The position numbers and the translations under genes are program-made. Source: an uncultured Clostridia bacterium (GTDB lineage: Bacteria > Bacillota > Clostridia > TANB77 > CAG-508). Taken from it: a stretch of 64,000 bases of DNA. Under the pieces are notes generated by a model. It had not been told where the DNA came from, ran no database searches, and was given only the letters and a program-made list of their open reading frames with translations. How positions within the stretch are numbered: the stretch's first letter is position 1; each line of letters opens with the position of its first letter. Positions 11,939 to 22,632 of this stretch are shown here, in pieces. Location of the stretch: the NCBI GenBank assembly GCA_947627755.1, contig CANQXD010000001.1:3508-67507 (forward strand), given 5' to 3'.

Positions 11939-13147
11939 CTAAGATTTAAATTTAGATTTTATTTTTATGTTTAATCTTAATGGTAAATAAGATAATATTG
12001 TCTTTATTTTGCATTTTACCTTATATTTTATAGGAAAATCATTTCTATATTGTTTTATTATTTTAGTTAAATTTTCATTTGTTTTTATATCTTTTATTAA
12101 TTGTGTCCTACTATATTTTTCTTGATAATTTTCTACACTTTGATACTTTAAACATTCTTCTATAGGTATATTTTTTTCTAATATTTCTATATTTGAATTA
12201 ATTTTATCTATTATCTGTTTTCCTTTTTTTGTAAATATTAATACTGCTGATACACCATTTGTATCTAATGAATATTTTTTACCCCAAAAATCACCTAATC
12301 TAATATCAGCATTAGATTCTTCTTTTCTTAATTTACAATTCATGCATGATTTATTTAAAAATATATTATCAAAAAAAATTTTATAAAAATTATCTCTTTC
12401 TGCTTTACTATATTTACATTTGTTTTTATTCTTTTCTATTTTTATTGTAAAATTGTGCCATCCATATTTTTTATTTCTAAAATCAACTTTTTTTATTTTT
12501 TCATTATTTTTTTGTTCATTTAAATATTTATTCCATATTAAGTAACTTGGTACTCCATGACAAAACAATTCTATATATATAATTTCATTATTAATTTTTA
12601 ATTTTTCTATTACCATTCTATATCCATATATTTGGCAAGGTGTGCCAAATATAATTAGTTTTTCGTTTGAATTGTTTCTTGTAATTTTTATTATATTTTT
12701 TATTGCTTCATCTGACTTACTTTGTAAATATTTAGAACCTTTTATTTTTTCAAATTCTTCTTTATTGTCAACTACAATAGTTTTTGCAATTTGCTCTTTT
12801 ACATCATAAATAGTTCCTACTACTTTATATCCATTTTCTATTCCATATTTTCCAATTTCATATGCAATAGCTCCTGACGTACATTCTTTTAATATTTTCT
12901 TGTTTTTGGTTCTCGCAGAAATAAGTTGTCCATCCTTTTTTATATTTTTTAATTTGTTATTATTTTCTATATTTTTAAAACATACGCTTGTACATAATCC
13001 ACATTTAATACATCTTTCTTTTATAATATTTACTGCATAAAAACCTTCTTCATTTAATTTATACTCAATTGCATTATATGGGCATATTGTAACACATGCG
13101 CCACACCCTGAACATTTTCCAGCTAAATTTAAAACATTATTATTCAT
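11939..13147 (-). CDS. Coenzyme F420 hydrogenase/dehydrogenase beta-subunit-like Fe-S protein (partner of a polysaccharide pyruvyltransferase).
   Basis: Two CxxCxxCxxxCP ferredoxin motifs (CSGCGACVTICP, CIKCGLCTSVC). 402 aa. Overlaps the adjacent pyruvyltransferase gene. Confidence 0.6.
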   Translation of the reverse strand: MNNNVLNLAGKCSGCGACVTICPYNAIEYKLNEEGFYAVNIIKERCIKCGLCTSVCFKNIENNNKLKNIKKDGQLISARTKNKKILKECTSGAIAYEIGKYGIENGYKVVGTIYDVKEQIAKTIVVDNKEEFEKIKGSKYLQSKSDEAIKNIIKITRNNSNEKLIIFGTPCQIYGYRMVIEKLKINNEIIYIELFCHGVPSYLIWNKYLNEQKNNEKIKKVDFRNKKYGWHNFTIKIEKNKNKCKYSKAERDNFYKIFFDNIFLNKSCMNCKLRKEESNADIRLGDFWGKKYSLDTNGVSAVLIFTKKGKQIIDKINSNIEILEKNIPIEECLKYQSVENYQEKYSRTQLIKDIKTNENLTKIIKQYRNDFPIKYKVKCKIKTILSYLPLRLNIKIKSKFKS

Positions 13148-14240
13148 TTAAATCTAATGCTCCTTTTAAGTATTTTCTTGAAATATTTCTTAAATTTTCT
13201 AAATTAGTATTGATTTTTTGATATTCCATATTTTTAGAAAAAACTTTTTCGATATTTTGACATGTAATTTTCTCTAATTTTCTATCTTCTAATTTCAATT
13301 GTTTTAATAAATAAGTAAGTTTATTTTTATTTATGCTATCTCTAACATAAATAGCCATAGGTTTTTCTGTTATAGTACTTAAAATTGTACCATGAAAAGT
13401 ATCTGTAATAATCTGTTCTGCATTTCTAAATAACTCAATCCATTCTAAACAATTACAAGATATATTTTTATCACACCATTTATGATATGTTCCTGCTGAT
13501 ACGGTAATTAATCCTTTCTTTTTTGCATATTTTTTTATTTCTTGTATTTCATCTTTATCTATCATATGTCTATCATATGCGTATATAATAATATATTTTT
13601 TATTTGGTATTTTTTTAAATTTTGTATGTGTATTTTTGAAATCATATAATAGAACCGGATCACATACTAATGTAGACTCTCTTCCAGTTAATTCTTTTAT
13701 TATTTTTTTTGTATTTTCATCTCTTGCCGATAAATCTTTAAATTTAGCCAATCCTGATGATATTAGTTCTTTAGCATTATATCGGTTTATTAATTCTATG
13801 TTTGTCTGACCAAAAGAAGGAGCATATGCAATCATTCTTTTGGTATTTACGCAGTGTCCGTACATCATAATATTAACACCCATAGGAATACTAAACACTT
13901 CATCGCTTCCTACAATTGCATAATCTACATTTGCTTCTGAATATCTTTTGTATATAAAATTATTTTTTCTAAATTTTTTATTTTTTGTATATTTTTTATA
14001 ATTAAAGTAAGTAATGCCAATTCCTTTTTTCATAATATATTCTTTGATAAAATATGGAATTGACGAAATTGAAACTATATTTTTATTTTTTTCATCTTTA
14101 CTAACAAAATCAAAATTTTTATTATATGTTAATATTACTGGTTCAAATCCCATTTCTTCGATAATTTTTGACATAGCATACATTTGCAATTGTGCACCTT
14201 GATTATTAACATTATAATGTGTTAAAATTCCTACTTTCAT
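13140..14240 (-). CDS. Polysaccharide pyruvyl transferase (WcaK/CsaB family).
   Basis: N-terminus MKVGILTHYNVNNQGAQLQMYAM typical of PS_pyruv_trans. Co-located with an F420-beta-like gene. Confidence 0.7.
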   Translation of the reverse strand: MKVGILTHYNVNNQGAQLQMYAMSKIIEEMGFEPVILTYNKNFDFVSKDEKNKNIVSISSIPYFIKEYIMKKGIGITYFNYKKYTKNKKFRKNNFIYKRYSEANVDYAIVGSDEVFSIPMGVNIMMYGHCVNTKRMIAYAPSFGQTNIELINRYNAKELISSGLAKFKDLSARDENTKKIIKELTGRESTLVCDPVLLYDFKNTHTKFKKIPNKKYIIIYAYDRHMIDKDEIQEIKKYAKKKGLITVSAGTYHKWCDKNISCNCLEWIELFRNAEQIITDTFHGTILSTITEKPMAIYVRDSINKNKLTYLLKQLKLEDRKLEKITCQNIEKVFSKNMEYQKINTNLENLRNISRKYLKGALDLNE

Positions 14241-14260
14241 ATTTATCTATCCTTCTTTAT

Positions 14261-15346
14261 CTATGTAAAATATTTATAGATTCTGCTCATTTCTTTTTTT
14301 ACATTTTGTAATTTATAATTTTCTATATTATATCTAATATTTAAATTTTGATTTTTTATATACTCTTTTATTCTATTTACCATACTATTTACATCATCGT
14401 TTTCTACAACATCTTCAATTAGATCTTTATTACCCCTACAATTAGTTACAACTATTGGTAATCCTGCTATCATTGCTTCCATTATATTAACAGGTAATCC
14501 TTCTTGCTTTGCAGTTGATATGGCTAAATTTGATATTTTCATCAGTTTAGGAACATCTTTTCTATATCCTGTAAAAATAACATTATTTTCTAAATTTAAT
14601 TTTTGTACTAGTTTTTTATAAGTTCCATTATATGAATCTTTTCCTACTAAAAGTAACTTTATATTTTGATTATCTTTTACTAGTTGTTTTATGGATTTTA
14701 TTGCCATTGATTGATTTTTTCTTTTGCTTAACTCGGCAACATAGATTATTACATAGTCATCTTCTTTTAATCCTAATGATTTTCTTAATTCCTTTTTTTG
14801 TTCTTGTGTCATTTCAAAATCAAATTTTTCTTCATCAATTCCTACACCAGGTACGTATTCTATATCTTTACATTTTTTAAATTTTCTTTTTGCTAACTCA
14901 TAATCTTCTTTATTAATTGTAATTAAGCAATCTGTATATTTTGAAAGCCATTTCTCTATTGGATAAAATACACACCAATTTAGAATTGGCGCCCCTTTAT
15001 AAAAATGAAAGCCATGTGCTGTATATATTACTCTTGTTCCATTTTTTCTTGCTTTCCTTGCAGCAATTCTTGTTACTACACTTCCCATAGGCGTATGACA
15101 GTGTATTATTTCATATTGTTCCTTATCTATTATTTTTTTTAACTCTTTTATTGCTCTCAAATTATTTATCTTAAATGGACTTCTTTCAAAAGAAACTCTA
15201 TGTTTAACATCACAATATGGTATTTTTTCTTTTCCATTTGTGGCTACATGTACTTCGTATCCTTGTTCTTTAAACCATCTTAGATATGGTATATGAAAAT
15301 GTAAAATATGTGAATCAACTGTAGCTGTAAATAATACTTTTTTCAT
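14261..15346 (-). CDS. Glycosyltransferase family 4.
   Basis: N-terminus MKKVLFTATVDSHILHFHIPYLRWFKEQGYEVHVATNG and C-terminal EGLPVNIMEAMIAGLPIV. Confidence 0.8.
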   Translation of the reverse strand: MKKVLFTATVDSHILHFHIPYLRWFKEQGYEVHVATNGKEKIPYCDVKHRVSFERSPFKINNLRAIKELKKIIDKEQYEIIHCHTPMGSVVTRIAARKARKNGTRVIYTAHGFHFYKGAPILNWCVFYPIEKWLSKYTDCLITINKEDYELAKRKFKKCKDIEYVPGVGIDEEKFDFEMTQEQKKELRKSLGLKEDDYVIIYVAELSKRKNQSMAIKSIKQLVKDNQNIKLLLVGKDSYNGTYKKLVQKLNLENNVIFTGYRKDVPKLMKISNLAISTAKQEGLPVNIMEAMIAGLPIVVTNCRGNKDLIEDVVENDDVNSMVNRIKEYIKNQNLNIRYNIENYKLQNVKKEMSRIYKYFT

Positions 15347-15366
15347 TATTAAATTTCTCTCCTATT

Positions 15367-16005
15367 CTATATTGCTTTTGTTAAGCTTTCTTGTCTCTTC
15401 AAATCTTCTATTTCTTCCTTAATACCTTGTTCTGATATTTCAGCATTGTCTTTTTTAAATACTTGTATAATTGTTTCAAAAACAAGCTTTATATCTAACC
15501 ATAAGCTCATATTATCTACATATTCTAGGTCATACTCAATTTTTTTAAAGATATTAATTCCATTTCTTCCTTTTACCTGAGCTAAACCAGAAATTCCTGG
15601 TAGTACACTACTTCTTCTTTTTTGTTCATCTGTAAACCATTCATAGTATTCTGGAATCCATGGTCTTGGTCCTATAAAGCTCATATTACCTTTTAGTATG
15701 TTTATTAATTGAGGTAACTCGTCTAAACTTGTTTTTCTAATAAATTTTCCTACCCTTGTTACCATTTCTTCATGTGACATATTACTATGTAGTTCTTCTC
15801 TATTAATTTTCATACTTCTAAATTTATATGTATTGAATGTTTTTAAATCTTTTCCCATTCTTTTTGATTTATATATAATTGGCCCTGGTGAATCTAATTT
15901 TATAGCGATACTTACTAAAAGAAATACTGGTAATAATATAACTAGTGCAATGCTAGATAATATAATATCTAATATTCTTTTTACAAATATATATACTTTT
16001 TTCAT
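15367..16005 (-). CDS. Undecaprenyl-phosphate sugar phosphotransferase (small bacterial sugar transferase, WbaP/EpsL-like). The priming enzyme of locus A.
   Basis: One N-terminal TM. KFRSM…DELPQLINILKGNMSFIGPRPW motif. Confidence 0.85.
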   Translation of the reverse strand: MKKVYIFVKRILDIILSSIALVILLPVFLLVSIAIKLDSPGPIIYKSKRMGKDLKTFNTYKFRSMKINREELHSNMSHEEMVTRVGKFIRKTSLDELPQLINILKGNMSFIGPRPWIPEYYEWFTDEQKRRSSVLPGISGLAQVKGRNGINIFKKIEYDLEYVDNMSLWLDIKLVFETIIQVFKKDNAEISEQGIKEEIEDLKRQESLTKAI

Positions 16006-16084
16006 GTTTACCCCTTCTTTAAACTGAAATTAATTTCTCTACTTTAAATACTATTTATAATTTTTATATTTATTTCCCCTAGTA

Positions 16085-16170
16085 AATACAATTATATAAT
16101 TTATTGTATATAATGTCAAACATTTTTTGTCTTTTTTTAGCATTTTTTGAAGTTTTTTGAAACATAATAT
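16085..16170 (-). promoter_or_regulatory. Consensus sigma-A promoter for locus A plus a conserved upstream element. On the minus strand: TTGACA (16119-16114), 17 nt, TATAAT (16096-16091).
   Basis: Perfect -35/-10 with 17-nt spacing. The 5' flank ttgtcttttttt[a/g]gcattttttgaa is shared with the locus B promoter at 31.2 kb. Confidence 0.7.
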
Positions 16171-16299
16171 GACCAAGTATGTTTTTTGCTAAAATCCTTA
16201 TTACTCTAAGATTATGTATTTGTTTCAAAAATCTTTCTTATGTTTATTTGTTGTTACATTTTCTGGAAAAATTTACATATAAAATTTTTTTACATAAAA

Positions 16300-16347
16300 A
16301 ATAGATTTTAGAATAGTATTAAACTCTAAAATCTATTTTGACTAACT
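16300..16347 (-). terminator. Rho-independent terminator downstream of the VanZ gene.
   Basis: 12-bp inverted repeat atagattttaga / tctaaaatctat followed by a T run on the minus strand. Confidence 0.55.
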
Positions 16348-16372
16348 ATATTTTCTAATAATATATTACTTT

Positions 16373-16888
16373 CTACCTCTTAAACCAATTCACAAGTGCT
16401 TCTATAAATACTACAAGAAGTATCATAATAAAAATTCCAGTTAAAACTCCTGCCGAATCAATGCAAACATCTGTAGGACTTGGCCATCTTCCTGGTGTGA
16501 AGCTCTGATGAATTTCATCTGTAACTGCATATATAACTCCTATTACAATACTTATGAACACTTTAAATTTATTTTTTATGTTAAATGTGCACATAAACCC
16601 CATTACTGAAAAACCTACTAAAGTATAAATACTAAAATGAGCTAATTTTCTAATAATAGGATGTAATCTTGCTATATAATGGAGTTTCATACTAGAATCC
16701 ATTGTTTTAATTTTAGAAAGCATTTCTACTATAAATGTAGTTACTTTCTTGCTAATATTTCCAGATTCTATACCATTTTGCGAAGAAAAATTAAAAATAA
16801 TATAGAATGTTGCAAGTAGCAAAGCTAAAAATATAATTCTTTTTAAGATTAAATTCTTTGTAAATTTAATTTGCTTTTCCATAATCAT
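16373..16888 (-). CDS. VanZ-family membrane protein.
   Basis: DEIHQSFTPGRWPSPTDVCIDSAGV motif and 4 TM helices. Confidence 0.75.
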   Translation of the reverse strand: MIMEKQIKFTKNLILKRIIFLALLLATFYIIFNFSSQNGIESGNISKKVTTFIVEMLSKIKTMDSSMKLHYIARLHPIIRKLAHFSIYTLVGFSVMGFMCTFNIKNKFKVFISIVIGVIYAVTDEIHQSFTPGRWPSPTDVCIDSAGVLTGIFIMILLVVFIEALVNWFKR

Positions 16889-16894
16889 TTCCTC

Positions 16895-18019
16895 TTACTC
16901 TATTGTTAATTTTTGTTCTGTTGTTTGTAACTCTATATATGTTCTACCATCGCTAACAGATATTTCTTGTCCTCCTACATCCTCACCATTTATTGTTGTT
17001 CCTTCTTTATAAGTATATTTTGTTTTACTATTTCTCGAAGCTTTATTCCATGTAATTGGTACTGCATATCCATTTGTTATAAAGTAACCTTCTCCTGTTC
17101 CAGTAGTATATAAATTCCAATAATAGTTATCATCACACATTCTGTATCCTACTTTTTCAATTATAATATTTTTTGTGGTTACTTCTTCCTTTGTGTTGTG
17201 GTCTATACACTTATTTCCACTTTCATAGCGAGTGTACATTTTTGTTTCTTCATTATACTTAAATGAAGTTACATTAGGTTCTGAACCATAAGGGATTGTT
17301 ATTGTATTTGCTGTTTTTGCTTCTGCTATTGAAGATAAATCTGTATCTTCTACATTGTAATTTAATAATATAGAGGAATTTGAAGTTGTTCTCATTCCTT
17401 TTGATTGTACTGCACTATTTAACTTGCTTATTGATGTATATGCAGTATGTTCTGAAGCTAAATTTTCTGGATTATTTCTATAATAAGGCTCTCCATATAA
17501 TCCTTGTAAATAATCTATACTTCCTGCTTTCAAATCATCTTCTGCATAATGACTCCATCCAAAGCAACAGAAAATTGCATCAGATTCTAAGGCAAAATCT
17601 ATAAAATTATGTCTTGCACTTCTAATGGTACCTAACACTAAATCTTCCTTTATATCTTTATAAAGTGCAAGTAATCTAGAAGTATTGCCCTCTGTTGGTA
17701 TTTCATAAACTAAATATGCTTTATTTAGTCCTTCTTGTACTTTTACCGCTACTGGTGTATTATTAATTGTTACTGCATAAGGTCTTGTAGGAGAGTTTAT
17801 ATCTACTATATCTACATTTTCTATTTCGGCAATTATTGAAGATTGATCTTCATTTTCTATAATATTTTCAGCATTTGCATTTGCAACTTGTTCTTTTTTT
17901 GATGATAAGTTTTTGAATATTAATACACCTGCTAATATTGCAATAATTATTACTAATACTATTATTGCATAAATTATTGCACGATTTTTACTAAAATTTG
18001 TATGTTTTGCTTTTTTCAT
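16895..18019 (-). CDS. Secreted or membrane-anchored DUF3048 (YerB-like) protein (tentative).
   Basis: N-terminal signal anchor. Length and conserved-looking blocks PTEGNTSRLLALY and GTIRSARHNF. Confidence 0.45.
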   Translation of the reverse strand: MKKAKHTNFSKNRAIIYAIIVLVIIIAILAGVLIFKNLSSKKEQVANANAENIIENEDQSSIIAEIENVDIVDINSPTRPYAVTINNTPVAVKVQEGLNKAYLVYEIPTEGNTSRLLALYKDIKEDLVLGTIRSARHNFIDFALESDAIFCCFGWSHYAEDDLKAGSIDYLQGLYGEPYYRNNPENLASEHTAYTSISKLNSAVQSKGMRTTSNSSILLNYNVEDTDLSSIAEAKTANTITIPYGSEPNVTSFKYNEETKMYTRYESGNKCIDHNTKEEVTTKNIIIEKVGYRMCDDNYYWNLYTTGTGEGYFITNGYAVPITWNKASRNSKTKYTYKEGTTINGEDVGGQEISVSDGRTYIELQTTEQKLTIE

Positions 18020-18269
18020 AGTTGGTCTCCTTATATTAACAAAATTTTTTTATTATTTTTATTTACCTATAGTAAACATTAATATTTTAAATATTTGGGA
18101 CTGGGTACTTAAGGATGTATATATAATATCACTATATGCTGTTTCAAGGTTTCTTCATCTTTCATATTATTCATTTTTATAATTTCTTTTTCTATCTCAA
18201 GTGATATGCTTTTTCTTTTAATTTGCTTACTATTTATTTTTTAGTATAATTAATAATTTAAAATATATT

Positions 18270-19280
18270 TTAACAATTAACATTTAATAACTCAGCTAAT
18301 CCATTAATTTTTAATTCCATTGAATTTGCTGGAACAAAAATGCAATCTCCTTTAGAAAATGGTATTATTTCTTCTTTACTTATTAGTGTTCCACATCCTT
18401 TAATACATAGTAAAACATGAAATGAATTGCTCTCTGTTTGAAAGTTAATCATTTCCTTAGTGTTCTCTGTATTAATTTTTTCTTTATGTACTTCAAAATA
18501 TTTGCATCTACATAATAATTCTGAAGAATAACCTTTTTTATATTTATGTACTCTTATTGGCTGTCTTACTTCATTTGTTGCCTTATAATTTATTACATCT
18601 AAAGCTTTATCTATCTGTAGTTCTCTTCGTTTTCCTGTTTTATCTATTCTATTATAATCATATAATCGATATGTTAAATTTGAATTTTCTTGTATTTCAG
18701 CAATTAAAGTTCCTGCTCCTATAGCATGAATCGTTCCTGATTTAATATAGAATAAATCATCTTTATGAACTGGTACTTTATATAAATACTTTTCTATTGT
18801 ACCTTTTTTGATTGCTTGTTCTACTATTTTTCTATTCATATCACAATTAAAGCCATGAATTAATTTAGCCTCTTTTGTAGCATCTAAAACATACCATATT
18901 TCTGTTTTTCCAAGTTGACCATTTTCATACTTCATTGCATATTCGTCATCTGGATGGACTTGTACAGATAAGTCTTTTTTTGCGTCAATCAATTTGATCA
19001 AAATAGGCAATTCTCCTTTTGTATTTGGATGCGTTCCTAAATATTCTGGATGTTCTTTTAGTACTTTAATTAATGATTCGCCTTTATATTTTCCGGTAGC
19101 TACATAACTTGGTCCATCTGGATGTGTAGAGCATTCCCACGTTTCTGCAAGAGGATTCATTTCTATTCCTTTATTAAATTCTTCATTTAACCTATTTCCA
19201 CCCCATAGATAATCTTTTCCACTTGGTTTTAATAAAAATGGAGCATTATTACTACTACAATTCGAACTTATGCTTATCAT
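18270..19280 (-). CDS. manA: Mannose-6-phosphate isomerase, class I.
   Basis: LKPSGKDYLWGG…VQVHPDD…EIWYVLDA motifs. Confidence 0.85.
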   Translation of the reverse strand: MISISSNCSSNNAPFLLKPSGKDYLWGGNRLNEEFNKGIEMNPLAETWECSTHPDGPSYVATGKYKGESLIKVLKEHPEYLGTHPNTKGELPILIKLIDAKKDLSVQVHPDDEYAMKYENGQLGKTEIWYVLDATKEAKLIHGFNCDMNRKIVEQAIKKGTIEKYLYKVPVHKDDLFYIKSGTIHAIGAGTLIAEIQENSNLTYRLYDYNRIDKTGKRRELQIDKALDVINYKATNEVRQPIRVHKYKKGYSSELLCRCKYFEVHKEKINTENTKEMINFQTESNSFHVLLCIKGCGTLISKEEIIPFSKGDCIFVPANSMELKINGLAELLNVNC

Positions 19281-20565
19281 TTACATTTATCTCCTTGCCT
19301 AGTTGCACTTCTACTATTTTCAACTCTGTTTCCGCAATGATTGTATGCTTGCAACCAGCTTCCATTGTAATAACATCACCTGTTTTTACGATTTGTTCCA
19401 TTCCATCTACTATTGTTTTCCCTGTTCCTGCTATAATTGTCCACACTTCATCTCGATAATCATGACTATGATACTTCATTTGATTTCCTGGTTTTAATGT
19501 AACAAGGATAGTTAAGCTTTCCTCTTGAACATCAATTACACGATAACTGCCCCATGATTTTTCAGCATACATAATTTGTTGATCAATTTTCTCTACATAT
19601 GGTTTTATATAACTTGATTGTTCTTTATCTGATACTAATATTCCTTCATTACTTGCTGCTACAACAATATTTTTTAATCCCATACATAATATAGGCACAT
19701 TTAGTTCATTAATTATATGCGTGTTTTCACATTTCTCATTTTGAATGCCATTTCCTAATATATTTTCATCCATTGCTTCAGTTAATGTATTCCATGTGCC
19801 TAAGTCTTTCCATTCGCCTTCAAAACGCATTACTTGTATTTTGTTTTCCTTTTCAACTACAGCATAGTCAAAACTTATTTTTTCTAAAGTTTCATATTTA
19901 TTATATAAATCATAGTAATCTTCAAAATCCATTAATTGATGTGCAATATCTAATACATATTTTAACTTATAGGCAAAAATTCCTCCATTCCAAAGAGCAC
20001 CTTGTACAATATATTTTTTAGCTGTTTCTAAATTTGGTTTTTCTTTGAACATTTCTACTTTGCTTACTTCATCTTTGCTTTCAGGAATAATATATCCATA
20101 TTTTTCGCTTGGATATGTTGGATTAATTCCCATTAATGATAAATTATATTCTGGATTTTCAGCTAACTTACTTAATTTTTCTAATGCTACAAAATATTCT
20201 TTTTCTACATATGGATCAACTGGACAAACAACTACTACTTCATCTAAAGCTATATTTTTAACATCATGAAGATATGCAGTAGCTAATGCTATAGCAGGAA
20301 ATGTATCTTTGCGACATGGTTCAACTGAAATATTAACTTCTTCACCTATTTGATTTTTTATTGTAGAAGCTTGAGTTTTTGATGTAGCTATTGTAATAGT
20401 TGATTCTTTATTTACTTGTTTAATGTTGTTATACATACGCTGAATCATTGATTCATATTCGCCATTTTCATTTTTAAACAATTTTATAAATTGCTTTGAC
20501 CTTACATCGTTTGATAGGGGCCATAACCTTTTTCCAGAGCCACCTGATAGTAAAATAATGTTCAT
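19255..20565 (-). CDS. manC: Mannose-1-phosphate guanylyltransferase (with C-terminal cupin).
   Basis: N-terminus MNIILLSGGSGKRLWPLS. 436 aa. Confidence 0.85.
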   Translation of the reverse strand: MNIILLSGGSGKRLWPLSNDVRSKQFIKLFKNENGEYESMIQRMYNNIKQVNKESTITIATSKTQASTIKNQIGEEVNISVEPCRKDTFPAIALATAYLHDVKNIALDEVVVVCPVDPYVEKEYFVALEKLSKLAENPEYNLSLMGINPTYPSEKYGYIIPESKDEVSKVEMFKEKPNLETAKKYIVQGALWNGGIFAYKLKYVLDIAHQLMDFEDYYDLYNKYETLEKISFDYAVVEKENKIQVMRFEGEWKDLGTWNTLTEAMDENILGNGIQNEKCENTHIINELNVPILCMGLKNIVVAASNEGILVSDKEQSSYIKPYVEKIDQQIMYAEKSWGSYRVIDVQEESLTILVTLKPGNQMKYHSHDYRDEVWTIIAGTGKTIVDGMEQIVKTGDVITMEAGCKHTIIAETELKIVEVQLGKEINVNDKHKFEL

Positions 20566-20577
20566 TATAATCTCCTT

Positions 20578-21519
20578 TTATCTCTCTGCACGCATTGGAT
20601 TATTTAAGAAATCTTGATATGCAAGCTTAATTCCATCTTCTAATTCTGTTTTATAAGTCCATCCTAAATTAGTTGCTTTAGATACATCTAATAGCTTTCT
20701 TGGTGTTCCATTTGGTTTAGATGTATCCCATAATATTTTACCTGTATATCCAATTACTTTTGCTACTAATTCAGTTAATTCTTTTATAGTTATTTCTTTT
20801 CCTGTTCCTGCGTTTACTGTTTCGTTACCACTATAATTATTCATTAAAAATACACATAAATTTGCTAAGTCATCTACATATAGAAACTCTCTTAGAGGTG
20901 TTCCATCACCCCAGCATGTTACACTTGGAAGATTATTTTGTTTTGCTTCATGAAAACGACGAATTAGTGCTGGTAAAACATGGCTATGAGTTGGGTGATA
21001 GTTATCATTTGGTCCATACAAGTTTGTTGGCATAACACTAATATAATCTGTTCCATATTGTCTATTTAAGTACTCACAATATTTTAGTCCTGAAATTTTT
21101 GCTAAAGCATAAGCTTCATTTGTCTTTTCTAATTCGCTTGTAAGCAGACAACTTTCTTTCATTGGTTGTGGTGCCATTTTAGGATAAATACAAGAAGAAC
21201 CTAAAAATTCTAATTTTTTACAACCATTTTTCCAAGCAGAATGAATTACATTCATTTCTAGTATCATATTATCATACATAAAGTCCGCTAATGCCTCTTG
21301 ATTTGCTACAATTCCGCCTACTTTTGCAGCTGCTAAGAATACATATTCTGGTTTTTCTTCTTCAAAAAATTTTTCTACCTCATCTTGACGACATAAGTCT
21401 AATTCTTGGTGTGTACGAGTAATAATATTTGTATATCCTTGTTTATTTAATTCTCTTACTATAGCAGAACCTACCATTCCTTTGTGTCCTGCTACATAAA
21501 TTTTTGCGTTTTTTTCCAT
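20578..21519 (-). CDS. fcl: GDP-L-fucose synthase.
   Basis: [16 protein letters not shown]-terminus. 313 aa short-chain epimerase/reductase. Confidence 0.85.
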   Translation of the reverse strand: MEKNAKIYVAGHKGMVGSAIVRELNKQGYTNIITRTHQELDLCRQDEVEKFFEEEKPEYVFLAAAKVGGIVANQEALADFMYDNMILEMNVIHSAWKNGCKKLEFLGSSCIYPKMAPQPMKESCLLTSELEKTNEAYALAKISGLKYCEYLNRQYGTDYISVMPTNLYGPNDNYHPTHSHVLPALIRRFHEAKQNNLPSVTCWGDGTPLREFLYVDDLANLCVFLMNNYSGNETVNAGTGKEITIKELTELVAKVIGYTGKILWDTSKPNGTPRKLLDVSKATNLGWTYKTELEDGIKLAYQDFLNNPMRAER

Positions 21520-21578
21520 GTTTCTTACCTTCTTTTTATATTTAGCTTTTAATACACTTTTATATTGAATTACATATT

Positions 21579-22619
21579 TTATAGCATTGCTTCACGTTTT
21601 GCAAGTTTTCTATCATTTGCTGCCATTATATGAATTAACTCTTCATAACTTGTTTTTTGCGGGTTCCAGCCTAAAACTTCTTTTGCTTTGCTTGGATTTC
21701 CTAATAAATTTACAACATCTGTTGGTCTAAAGAATTTTGGATTTACGCATACTAGCATTTTTCCTGTTTTAACATCATATCCTTTTTCTTCTATTCCTTT
21801 TCCTTCCCAACGGATTGTAATTCCATTCTCTTTAAATACTCTTTCGGTAAAATCACGTACTGTATGTTGAACACCTGTTGCTATTACAAAATCATCTGGC
21901 TTATCATTTTGTAATATTAACCACATACATTCTACATAGTCTTTTGCATAACCCCAATCTCTTAAAGAGTCTAAGTTTCCAAGTTCTAAGTGGTCTTGCA
22001 AGCCTTCTGCTATTCTACCTACTGCTAATGTTATTTTTCTTGTTACAAAATTTTCTCCCCTACGTTCTGATTCATGGTTAAATAAAATTCCATTGCAAGC
22101 AAACATATTATATGCTTCACGATATTCTTTTACAATCCAAAATCCATATTGTTTTGCAACTGCATATGGGCTATATGGGTGGAACGGTGTTGTTTCACTT
22201 TGTGGACATTCTTCTACTTTCCCATATAACTCAGAAGTTGATGCTTGGTAAATTCGGCATTTATTTTCTAATTTTAAAATATGTACTGCTTCTAATATTC
22301 TTAAAACTCCTAATGCATCTATATCTCCTGTATATTCTGCTGCTTCAAAACTTGTTCCAACGTGACTTTGTGCTGCTAAATTATAGATTTCATCTGGTTC
22401 TACTTCTTTTACAATTTTTATAATACTAGAAGAATCTGACAAATCTCCATCATGTAATGTTATTAAATTATCTTTTAATAAATGGTCTATTCTTCCTGTG
22501 TTTGATATAGAAATACGACGAACTATTCCATGTACCTCGTAACCTTTTTCTAATAAAAATTCTGCTAAGTAAGACCCATCTTGTCCTGTTATCCCTGTAA
22601 TTAGTGCTTTCTTTTTCAT
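21579..22619 (-). CDS. gmd: GDP-mannose 4,6-dehydratase.
   Basis: [31 protein letters not shown]. Confidence 0.9.
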   Translation of the reverse strand: MKKKALITGITGQDGSYLAEFLLEKGYEVHGIVRRISISNTGRIDHLLKDNLITLHDGDLSDSSSIIKIVKEVEPDEIYNLAAQSHVGTSFEAAEYTGDIDALGVLRILEAVHILKLENKCRIYQASTSELYGKVEECPQSETTPFHPYSPYAVAKQYGFWIVKEYREAYNMFACNGILFNHESERRGENFVTRKITLAVGRIAEGLQDHLELGNLDSLRDWGYAKDYVECMWLILQNDKPDDFVIATGVQHTVRDFTERVFKENGITIRWEGKGIEEKGYDVKTGKMLVCVNPKFFRPTDVVNLLGNPSKAKEVLGWNPQKTSYEELIHIMAANDRKLAKREAML

Positions 22620-22632
22620 ATTTTTTCTCCTT

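Noticed and set aside
16005-18270. Possibility that VanZ and DUF3048 are part of a mobile or resistance element separating the two glycan loci.
   Set aside because: No integrase, transposase or flanking repeats were seen. VanZ-like and DUF3048 genes are common housekeeping envelope genes in Firmicutes.
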